A stretch of 63,996 nucleotides of DNA, the filler included, from Saprolegnia diclina VS20 (taxonomy: Eukaryota): NCBI RefSeq assembly GCF_000281045.1. It is 6 parts of 2 records of this genome, joined end to end, with 100 filler letters (N's around TTAATTAATTAA, not from the genome) between each part and the next. Parts side by side here need not be neighbours in the genome. Positions count along the whole stretch, not along the records: positions 1 to 18,841 come from NW_008246177.1; 5 more parts are not named here. One strand, written 5' to 3'. The position numbers and the translations under genes are program-made. The notes below the pieces were generated by a model. It was not told the origin of the DNA and did no database searches. It saw only the letters and a program-made list of their open reading frames with translations. Of the stretch, positions 1-10,707 are shown piece after piece (position 1 is the stretch's first letter; each line of letters opens with the position of its first letter).

Positions 1-89
1 GCTTTTCGTTTTCAAGCCAACACTGTGTCGTGTAAGGGACAACAAAAATGAAATAAAATTTATTCCTATCACTGTGATACTTTGCTTAA

Positions 90-520
90 GAGCATCTCCA
101 CCGGTTCCCTGAATCCACACTAGCTCTGGGTTTTTTTACCGGGCGATTTCGCCCTGTATATGCGATACAGAGCAAGATAAAACAAAGCGCCCCACCGGTC
201 GCCCTGTAAAAAGATGCCGGGAGTCGCGATTTGTATGGCGTCGATAACTTCGAACTTCGTCTTAAAATTCGATTTTGTATTCATTTTTTGACTAGTATAC
301 AAAACATGAGTCATTCGCGATTTTACCGGGTAAAAAGCCAGGGTGCCTGGGCGCCCTGTAGGATACAGGGCGCTCGGCCAATTTTTGCTCCACCCGGTAA
401 AAATTATACAGATACAGGGCGATTTACAGGGACCGGTGGGGCATTTCCCCGGTAATTTTTTTACAAATTTGGGAATTTTACACAGCCAGTGTAGGATAGC
501 GCGGACGGGTGGAGAAGCTC
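90..520. mobile_element. PIF/Harbinger (Tourist-like) MITE, copy 1, 431 bp
   Basis: 13-bp TIRs GAGCATCTCCACC (90-102) and GGTGGAGAAGCTC (508-520, 1 mismatch). TAA target duplication at 87-89 and 521-523. The same flank without the insert, carrying a single TAA, is at 1391-1393. Confidence 0.92.
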
Positions 521-1199
521 TAAGAACATGCAAAAACGTATTTCGAGCCGCGGTATATAAAGCTAAAAAAAGCCATTTTCGAAAAATCTTCAGAAAATCG
601 CCACTCAATGCCCATCAATGAGTCCACCGAGCGCGNNNNNNNNNNNNNNNNNNNNNNNNNNNNNNNNNNNNNNNNNNNNNNNNNNNNNNNNNNNNNNNNN
701 NNNNNNNNNNNNNNNNNNNNNNNNNNNNNNNNNNNTGCAGGTATGCTAGTTGTACCTTGCATTTCTGCGGCATTCCCTTGTATACAACATTTTTTTCGCT
801 TTATAGTAGGCAACAATATTTTTTGATTGATTACTCTCATGTATGAACTCTTCAGAGAGCTACTGGTGCTCCAATTTTTATCCCTTTTATTTCAGCATCG
901 ATTTTTCTCTTGACGTATCGCAGTCTCGAAATGGCTTTCACATTATGACTATTCGGAACGAATTTTAGATGCATTTTGTGTTCATTTTTTGGGTTTCTTG
1001 AACTTTATTCACCTATGTAGTACACGCCAAAAATTGATTCACAAGCCCATTTAAAATGTTTTTTCGAAACATTCGTACCATGTCATAGAGGCGATATTAT
1101 AGCAATATAAATATTGTAATATTGCGCAATCCCACGCATTCAGGCGTAGCGCTACGTATGCGAAGTCTTTGTGTCATAATGAAGATAACGCGGAACACG

Positions 1200-1202
<3 letters not shown>

Positions 1203-1234
<32 letters not shown>
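1203..1234. repeat. (AT)n microsatellite
   Basis: About 16 uninterrupted AT units. Confidence 0.95.
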
Positions 1235-1236
<2 letters not shown>

Positions 1237-2243
1237 CGCATGCAAAACCTTCAGTTCTTTCATTTTATCACGTTTAAATTTGCGACTTATTTCGCCTCAC
1301 AGAGGCTTTTCGTTTTCAAGCCAACACTGTGTCGTGTAAGGGACAACAAAAATGAAATAAAATTTATTCCTATCACTGTGATACTTTGCTTAAGAACATG
1401 AAAAAACGTATTTCGAGCCGCGGTTTATAAAGCTAAAAACCATTTTCGAAAAATCTTCAGAAAATCGCCACTCAATGCCCATCAATGAGTCCACCGAGCG
1501 CGTTTTTTTCATTCTTGTAACCAAAAAAATAATTCAAATTTGTTTTCTCGCCAATTTTGGTCGGGACCTTGGCAATGGGCGACCGTGGTGCTGCGGTGAA
1601 GTTTTTTGCAATCTTCTTCAATTGGAATGAAATTTTGTGGGGTACTTTGTCGAGAAAGGTCCAATTCAAATGGACATGCCCTAGACGGGCTTGGAAAGTG
1701 CTTTTATTCTACTAGTAGTTCAATAGTGATTGTCAATAATGATGGCAGATTTGCGAGTGCAGGATCTTTTTTGCCTTCGAGCGATATGATTGATCGAAAT
1801 GCGGATTATTTTTTGCTCGTTTTCCTATCTGCAAACGGCTTCAGAGTTCGTGCAAAAGTTCTCGTGCAGATTATTCGAAGGCAGATTGTCAGTTCGCAGA
1901 CTGGAATTGCCGACCAATCATGCAGCGCGAAGCATTCGCGATGGCGCCGGCGGCGACCGTGTAGAGGCCAGCAGCCAAGACCCCCCCATGGCCGGCGCCC
2001 GCTAAGAAGAAGCGCATGGCGCGGTCCTACGGAGGCATGAACGTCGATTCATCGCCCATGGACGCTGAGATGGATTGCTAGTGCGGAAGCCAAACTTGCT
2101 GCGTGTGGCATCTGTCGTCCTAACGTTATCCATGTTTGCATGCTGCTATGCGCTTACCCCCGCCCTATCGCCGCGCACCGTTGTATGACCACAAATGACC
2201 TCCTGGATGTCGTCGAAGTTGTTCAGGCGACTCCTCGCGGTGG

Positions 2244-2890
2244 TCATTTTACCTATTCCACTGGCCTATGTGGTGCTCGGATCAAATTCATAACTGCGAG
2301 CGCGCGAGCGCTGATGACCAATGACACCATCCAGCGATTTTATTGGTCATATTGAAGTGTCGTCCTGCCGACGCGCGCGCTGCAATCAGCATTAGGGTGT
2401 CAACATTGAAAAGCAATTTGGGAGGTCGTCTGTGATTGGCTATTAATCGGTGCTTTTTCTCTTAACTGCAATTCTCCAATCTGCATTCACCATTGACAAC
2501 CATGACTGACAACCACNNNNNNNNNNNNNNNNNNNNNNNNNNNNNNNNNNNNNNNNNNNNNNNNNNNNNNNNNNNNNNNNNNNNNNNNNNNNNNNNNNNN
2601 NNNNNNNNNNNNNNNNTCATTTTACCTATTCCACTGGCCTATGTGGTGCTCGGATCAAATTCATAACTGCGAGCGCGCGAGCGCTGATGACCAATGACAC
2701 CATCCAGCGATTTTATTGGTCATATTGAAGTGTCGTCCTGCCGACGCGCGCGCTGCAATCAGCATTAGGGTGTCAACATTGAAAAGCAATTTGGGAGGTC
2801 GTCTGTGATTGGCTATTAATCGCTGCTTTTTTCTCTTAACTACAATTCTCCAATCTGCATTCACCATTGACAACCATGACTGACAACCAC
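2244..2890. repeat. Near-identical duplication 2244-2516 / 2617-2890 around a 100-N gap, probably uncollapsed haplotypes
   Basis: Same sequence on both sides of the gap with about 3 differences. The first copy stops exactly where MITE copy 2 is inserted in the second. Confidence 0.85.
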
Positions 2891-2893
2891 AAA

Positions 2894-3335
2894 GAGCTTC
2901 TCCACCCGTCCGCGCTATCCTCACTGGCTCTGTAAAATTTCCAAATTTGTAAAAAAATTACCGGGGAAATGCCCCACCGGTCCCTGTAAATCGCCCAGTT
3001 CCTGTATAATTCTTACCGGGTGGAGCAAAAATTGACCGAGTGCCCTGTATCCTGGCGCCCGATACAGGGCGCCTGGGCACCCTGGATTTTTACCCGGTAA
3101 AAATGCGAATGACTCATATTTTGTATACTAGTCAAAACATAAATACAAAATCGAATTTCAAGACGAAGTTCGAAGTTATCGATGGCATACAAGTCGCGAT
3201 TCCCTGCATCTTTTTACAGGGCGACTGGTGGGGCATTTTGTTTTATCTTGCTCTGTATCGCGATATACAGGGCGAAATCACCCGGTGAAAAACCCCAGAG
3301 CCAGTGTGGGATACGGGGAACCGGTGGAAATACTC
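2894..3335. mobile_element. PIF/Harbinger MITE, copy 2, inverted relative to copy 1
   Basis: Starts GAGCTTCTCCACC and ends GGTGGAAATACTC. The body is a diverged reverse complement of 90-520. Flanks are AAA and TAA. Confidence 0.88.
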
Positions 3336-3542
3336 TAATATCTCATCAATCCTTTTTCCACAGCAGCCCTCAAATGGTGTGCGTCAATTTTGTGATGGAG
3401 CAATAGTTAACTGTTGGTAACACATATGCAAATGACTTCGGAAAAGGTCTGGTATTGTCTAGCAACATCCAGCCTGCGTCTTCATCGTATAAAATCGAGA
3501 AGATAATACCAGCAGTGTCAGGAAATGCAACTTTGTTGAGGG

Positions 3543-5301
3543 TTACGCATGGGATACGAGCTGTTGGCTCTCGGAGCTGTTGCCTTGGCTCGTGAGCGCT
3601 GAGCCAATGTCAATGTCTACCTCCTCGTCATTATCTTCTTCATCCAGATCGTTGAAGTCTTCATCCTGCAGCGCAGTGCCCTTGAATATGCTAGAGCACT
3701 CGTTGTATTTTTACATCCCATTTGATTTTGACGTACCGGAGCCGCCGGTCAAACTCTGCATCACCGTCCGAGAGTGGGTTTGGATTGTCGAAGGTGCAAT
3801 ACCACGTTAGAGGAATTGAAAGAATGCAGAAGAAAGCAAACATCCCAAACGTCGAGCCAAGATCCTTGCCTAGATGCATCATCAAGAGTTGTCCAATTGA
3901 GTTGATTGTGAGCAATACCTTGGGTCGCAAAGCCGTAGGAGCCAATTGCAGCGCCTAGCTTGCCCATGGCAGCGGAGAAACCGTGGCAGCGCGCACGGAT
4001 CGGTGTCGGGAACATTTCGGTCGGCATCACAAACGTCGACGTATTGGGCCCAAAGTTGGAAAAAAAGAGCGAAAGTCCATACAGAAGGATAAAGCTCTAT
4101 CGCACATTCTCGTAAGGTCACATCGTCCATCGATAAGCGCGCGAAGTTCGCACCGTACTGTCGTTCTGGAGGCTACTCCAGACGCCAGATAGAATCAGGA
4201 AGAGAAGCGTCATGAAGCAGAACCCTTGGAGCTGCATCATGCGTCGACCGAGGCGGTTGATAAAGTAGACGGCCACGTAGTACCCAGGTAGTGCAACAAG
4301 TGCAACGAGCACATTTTGTGTCGTCACTTGGGTCAACGACGCATTGTGGATGCCAACGACGGTCAAGATTGAAGCCGAAAAGAGGTTTTGGGCATAAAAC
4401 ACAATGTCAAACATGAACCACGTGCCTGCCGTGCCGAGAAGCCAGCGCCCGTACACCTATGCCGACTTTGACATAACCATGATCAGAACAAATCATACCC
4501 GGAGGACAAAGAGGAGCGGGATTGAAGCGTTGTTAGTTGGTGCTGTCGTCTTGGACTGCGTGAACGCCACAGTCTCTTCGGCGTGGTACCGGAAAAAGAA
4601 GACGAGTGCCGACGGAATGACACCAATGCCAAAGAGAGATCGCCAAATGACCTCGAGGCTCTCAGGCGACGCCGATCCTTTCGGTCCCGGCGCGTGCACA
4701 GACACGAGTATGTTGCCCATAATTGCGGCCGTGACACACCCGACGCCTTGGAGCGAGAACGTGAGCGCCACGCGCTGGTTGCGGCTTTCCACGGACGATG
4801 CGTCTTCGGCGGATGCAGCCGCCGCCAGCGGGTACTCACCTACAGACAGCGCATCGCTTATAAACCTATGTACCAGCAGAAAGAGCAGAGAGCACATACC
4901 ACCGATTCCGACGCCAAGAAAACCACGTGCTACGACGAGAATCCAAAGCGTTGCTGTCGGCGACCCACCGCTGGCGAACGCACAGATGATGCCTCCCAGG
5001 ATTAAGATCGCGCACGTAATGATCATGCAAATGCGCCGGCCGAGCACATCTGCGAGGTAGCCAAAAGCGATTTGTCCGATGATAGCGCCAACTAACGCCG
5101 CAGCCGAGACCGCGCCTAATGATTGCCGCGATATGAGTGATTGCTCGGGTTGCTGGACGCGTTGGTACCTTTGAGCGACGGAGTGTAAACGTCTTTTCCA
5201 TATTGCTCCTCGAGCACGACGTTGACGACGTTCATGACGAAAAGGTCATAAGCGTCATTGAAGAAGCCCAGGCCTCTAACAAGGAACGGCGGAAGATGCA
5301 T
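3543..5301 (-). CDS. MFS inorganic phosphate:H+ symporter (PHO84/PHT1-like), multi-exon
   Basis: Exon peptides GLGFFNDAYDLF, LGRR, RGFLGVGIGGEYPL, RNQRVALTFSLQG, WFMFDIVFYAQNLF, LGRRMMQLQGF, PTEMFPTPIRARCHGFSAAMGKLGA. Last exon ends ...LVSHA-TAA at 3543. Start codon uncertain. Confidence 0.9.
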
Positions 5302-6307
5302 CGGTTTGCGCTCGGGCTTGTGTGCCGATTTGAATGTGGTAACCACCGCCCCATTGATAGAATTCCGGATAAACGGCGTTTTTCAAGTAACGTTAAATTT
5401 GTTGCATGAAATTAGTTCCTTGCTGTTGATGGCAAACCTTTGCGTGGTTCTTGAGGCACAGCTGATAAGCTGGTGCGGCAACAAGGTCGTCGTCAAGTTG
5501 GCACGATAGGGCTATCGCTGCATCACCCACCACGTGACAGAGTGGCGCCGTAGGCCGTTTTATCGGCTCCATCTACTATCCAGTAGCCACAGACAATAAA
5601 CAGACGACAATACGCGGCGTCATAGAGCTCATGCACATCATAGTTCATGATCTGGTGCGGGTAGTGAATGGGTGTTTGCCTGAGATTAGACCACTGTGGT
5701 GTTGTCGGCCACCAACTTCGTGCACGGTGGTTAACAGCCTCACGTCCATCCTCGAAGGCTACTTGGTGGGTTGAAGGAATGCTTCGTGTTGGTGTATTAC
5801 CCACCGTGGGCGTGGACGCCATGGGCGCGGCGTGCCTTGACTACGGAGAGTTGTCCATCATGTCACTCTTAAGAGACCGGAGTGTTTTGGTTTCTCACTG
5901 TTCTCTTCAAAACCCAGCGTTCGTATGCCCTACTCGCAGAATCTACCTCAACGAGTCAGACCATGCACATCGTCCTCGCCATTTTGTCGACGTATTCTTT
6001 CCACCACCACAGGCGAAATGCAACGAGAGAATTGTCTCGGAGGATTGAGAGGCCGCCTTGAGGCTGTTGATATGCATAGTAGCTTTTGGAGAAAGCAGTT
6101 GGCGACACAACTATCCAAAATGCACATGCCTTGAACCGGCAAATATGCGTCACCTTCTCGCTTTTACTCTGCATACAACTTGAACCAGCAGCTCTCGTCG
6201 AGTTTGCAGGGTTTTGGGTCGACCATTTGCTCGGCAACAAAAATGGCACATGCCACATTTAACCAAGGTCAAGGTGGCATCTTCGACCAGAAAAAGATCA
6301 CCAGAAA

Positions 6308-8650
6308 ATGGCCCAGCGAGGCCAGCGCATGGTCAGCGACTCGGTCGAGTCGGACGATGTTGCGCTTTCGCCGGGAGACGAGAAGGCGAAGAAGATAGCA
6401 GGTGTACCGACGTCCTCAGCGTCGTCGACAGCTAGCAACCCGCTGCCCCGGCGCGCGTCCTCCAAGCGGTGGTTCTCGGACTCGGACGAAGAGGGCCTTG
6501 GTTCAGTCAAAGGATCGTTGCCACCATCGAGTGCTGAGGCCGATATACCAGAAAGGGAACTGCTACACGCTGGTTTGGCGTCCGCCGCACCGATGAAAGC
6601 GCCGCCGCCGCCGGCGCTCAACATCAAGAACAACAACGCGACGGAAGAGCACCCGAAGCGTAAGATGTCGGGCATTCAAAAGCTTGTGCAGAAAACCAAG
6701 ATTCTGTCGCCGTTCCGCTCAAGCTCCAAGAAAATGATGGATGGTGTGCCAGAGAAAGAGCTGCCGCCTCCACCCGCTCCGTCCAGCATCCCTGCGATCC
6801 CTTCCAGCGCGGCGGTGATTCTTCCACGGCGCCAATCTCGCCTACAAACACCGAGTGACGAGGCTGTGGGGAGCCCACGCAACGGTGGACTAGCGGACGA
6901 TGATGCCGACGATCCATTCAAAGGCTCCAATGGGTGCTATGCGTCTTGTTGAAAATTAGCGTTTGCTCACCAAGAAAAACGCCACGTAGGTTGCTAAGCC
7001 CAGGACGAAGCCAGCTCGGCGGCGCGGCACCAGGACCTTCTGGCTCAAGCGTGCTTCTTGAAGGCTGGCTGCGGCAAAAACAGCGTCGCGTACTCCCGCG
7101 CAAATCGAGACGATGGAACCTATCCATTCTTAGGGCATTCGCGGACTCAAGAAGTGGAACTCTCGGTACTTCGTCCTCCACGCCAAAGTCCACGAACTAC
7201 GCTACTACTCTGATGTGGTACTGCCTTCACCAAACCATTATGATAATGCATAACATCAATCAGGTGCAATCGGGTTGGGGCCCCATCCCGCTCGGCGAGA
7301 TCGGCTGCATTGCGCTGCGATCCATCCAACGTATTAGCAAGCCAAGTCACCCCAAGTACAAAGGTCAACTGCCGAGGCACAACACAAAGACGGGGCTCAT
7401 TGACATGTACAGGCTGCCGATTTGATATCACCTGCCGAAGCATGCTGGGTACGCCGGACCCCGACGACGATGCATCGTCGGACGACGGAGCGAAAAATAC
7501 GTCACCGCTACGGCAGCAACAAGCGCAGCAACAATCATCAACACCAGTGATCAAGACGACACCAAAGGCTTCGCGCATCTACAGCCTCGTAGCCGACTCA
7601 CCCCAAGTATTGCTAGTTTTCCCCTTTTCCCACCAATGTCCAATAACTGCGTAGACAACTGTGCTTTGGGTAAACATGATCGACTCGCTCCTTACGCGCA
7701 GCGTCAATAGCCCACGCCCCGATATGTCGCAGGCCAAGGCACCCCAGCGTTTGTTTCGTTTACTTAAGACTCCCATTGTCGATTCACATGCGAAATGGTA
7801 GCGCTCAAGGCGCTGGCCCAGCTCAACCAGTCGCGCCAGAAGCCGGTACCCGAGAGTGTCTCCAATCGGCCACCAAATGATATGCTCGTCCTTGCATTTC
7901 CCGATGACATTGTGCCCAAGCCCATCGTGCATGCTGTCGACTACATCTTTGAGTCTTCTCCTGGTATCGAAACCGAGCTCTTTTACGAGAAAGAGGCTGC
8001 GCTGGGCCAACTCAAGGTATATACTACGACTTGACCGGGAACCGACTGATTGTCGCATTAGATAGTGCTGAATCGCCTCAACCAATGCGCTGCAGAGCGG
8101 CGCAAGCCTACGCGCAACGAGTGGGAGGACGTATTCGACGTAGTGAGTGCGGCAGGTACATCACAGTGTCCTGGTTGATGTGGTTAACGGTGGATTAGGC
8201 GTAGTGAAGCTCTGGTTACAACAGCTCGAAGGACCGATCATTCCGCACGAGATGTTTTCCGAATTCCAACGCGTCATGGATGAAGGCGCCGTCGCACCCT
8301 TTGAACTGATGCGCAACCTCAAGTCCCTCTTGGCGACGCTCCCCCGCAAGCCCTTGTATGACTATACTCTATCCTCCTATGCGTTTGGTTTGTTCGTGGC
8401 ACTAAGGCATTTGTGAATGCGTAGCAAGCAGATTGCATTCGTTATCTTCCACTGGAATGACGTGACCGTGTATGCGTCCAAGAACAAGCTTACAGCGGCG
8501 GTGCTTGCAGCACGCTTCGGCGATTTCGTGTTGCGTCCTCGGCCTGGTGCGGCGGCCGAGTCTGAGACTGCCACACGCCTTGTTGAGTACATGATCACAC
8601 ACGCCGACGCACTCATTGACGAAAAGGAGTCTGAAATCCTGGACATGTAG
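6308..8650 (+). CDS. PH domain + RhoGAP-like domain protein, multi-exon
   Basis: Low-complexity N-terminus; PH start LLEGWLRQKQRR...RYFVLH...LRYY; RhoGAP-like VPKPIVHAVDYI...GIETELF, VKLWLQQLEGPIIP, NKLTAAVLAARFG, LVEYMITHADAL. Confidence 0.8.
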
Positions 8651-10675
8651 ACAGGTTTTGCACTTCGCGTGCTACAACAACGACTGTTTTGTGGTCCATG
8701 TCGAGCGCTTGATACATTTCTTGATACTATATCATATAGTGCTGGAAACAGTATCAATGTTTCCAGAGCGCCGCATGTGCAGTCTACGACGGAGGAAGAA
8801 AACTAACGGCGCGCTGAACAGCTTTGGCAGCTGGCCGGACTCCGCAACACAGATTGCGCCGAAGTCTGGCGGACAGACTTCATTGCGTCACAAATAACTG
8901 GAGCCGTTCGGCTGGCGAAAAGTAATCGAAACTTCCTGGCCTCAGACGCGAACCTCGTCCAACACAACGACGGAGCTGAGCATTCCATGCACAGACGGCA
9001 AGACTGTGGGGGCGCCATTCAGACAAAGCAAGAGTGTGCTGCAGCCGTGGGTACACGTGTACCAGCGAACCGAATCCTCCGAACACGATGCGTGCAAGGA
9101 GTACTGGCAGACCATGGGCAATTATAATATTATAAGCAGCAACGATGGGCCATGTTTGCAACTGTACACGGTATCAGGTGTCGTCCAGGAGTAATCTCTA
9201 TTGCTTGGGACGCCTGCGACTTGACGCGTTTCGTCACACGGAGCATGAAAGACCACAAACAAAAACACAATGAAACAGAAAACACAAAGGACGAATGACA
9301 ATACAAAAATGCAGGAGAAGAGCACGGCGGTATCGACAACGCAGGCATGTACACACGAGGCGTCCAATCTAAAACTCATTTCAACAACAACCAAGGCCTC
9401 CAATCTACAACACGCAATATTAATACTTGCAGCAGCAGCTGAGTGAGCTGCTGGAGAGCAGTGTACAAGTATCAGTCCGCAGGTCCTTTGGGCTCGCGAC
9501 AAAAGAACGGTAGGTAGCACACCTACCGTTGATGTCGCAACTGGGAGGCATCTCCAATGCTCACATAGCACACCATTTAACTCGATTATGAACCTCTTCG
9601 TGTACACGCGTTGCTTTGCTCGCAGTGCGCTGCCACAACTTTAGTATCGGTTTTCTAGCAAATAATACCGGTACATAGCTACCGTTACTCCCTTTGCCAA
9701 TGGTCGGTCCGTCCGCCGCACCGTTCCGACGTGCAGGGCGGCTTGGGGGGCCGACGAAACTCAGCGACCAGCACAGCTTCGATTTTATAGATAATTCAAG
9801 TGCAAAAGTGGGTGCGGAAATCGTTAACCCTACCTTCGAGCTGGTGATACAAAATGCAGTGTTCAGCCTAAAACTTCGATTTTGCACTGAACCATCTCAA
9901 TGGCGCACCCGTGCCGGCGACTGCTGGCGAACCAGGCGCACCGGTGACAGGAGAAATTCAAGAAGCAGGCGGGATTTAAAGTCGAGTTAGCGTTGATCCA
10001 CAGAAACTAGTGGTTTACTTCTATGAGCAACGTCGGTGCCAAAAGAGCCAAAAGGCGGCCCAGCTCATAATCGGTACAGTATGGGATACACCGACCAAGA
10101 TGACACGAGAAATACCCACGATCGAGGTCTGGAAAGGAAATTTTTCTCATAAACGTCCCGCATGAGGCGGCCGATCGTATCCGGCGCAAGGATGCCGTCA
10201 GTACAGTAGCGTAAACCTCGGCGATCGAGCTTTCATCAGCGAACAGCTCCATGCATCCACCTCACTCTGTTCGCTGTAGCTGTTGCGTTTTGACTACTGA
10301 GCGATGTCGGCTCGAGGACATCCTGCTGCACCCATTTCAAAATACATTCGTCAGGCATCAAAACGCTTTTTCAAGATGCTAACAATGTGAATGTAGCTGG
10401 CTCGTGTCTCATGCTTGCCGAGTCGTGGATCCGTTGCTGTTGTATGACCTCTTAAGCCCGTGTGATTCGACACGATGCTGCCAAGCCATGACCGTCCCTA
10501 TTATCTTTACCGCAGTCGTGTCGCAGGCGTTTCCGGAGGGAGACAGTGCTGGGAAAACGATGGAGGTCTGGGCTGGTCCTGGGAGGTGACAATCCGGATA
10601 CACTCGCCAATCTTGAGATTTGTATGCTCTCGCCGGTGGCACCGGCGTGAGTAGCGGCGCCAGCTGCCGGGTCGC

Positions 10676-10689
10676 CCCAGTTCCAAATT
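10676..10689 (+). promoter_or_regulatory. Candidate oomycete INR-FPR core promoter
   Basis: CCAGTTCCAAATTC about 30 nt upstream of ATG 10708 resembles the oomycete initiator plus flanking element. Confidence 0.4.
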
Positions 10690-10707
10690 CGTTCCTAGGC
10701 CATCGCG

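Larger units (their letters stand above)
1..1502. repeat. Duplicated AT-rich segment: 1-89 plus 524-635 matches about 1305-1502 (filled versus empty MITE site) across a 100-N gap
   Basis: Direct alignment by eye shows a few SNPs/indels (caaaaacgta vs aaaaaacgta; cggtatataa vs cggtttataa). Confidence 0.85.

Noticed and set aside
120..621. ORFs inside the MITE copies
   Set aside because: No transposase motifs, and the frames are not conserved between the two copies.
5344..5354. Upstream ATG of the phosphate transporter one base out of frame
   Set aside because: Could be a homopolymer error or irrelevant; an in-frame ATG at 5301 precedes the first conserved motif, so no pseudogene call.
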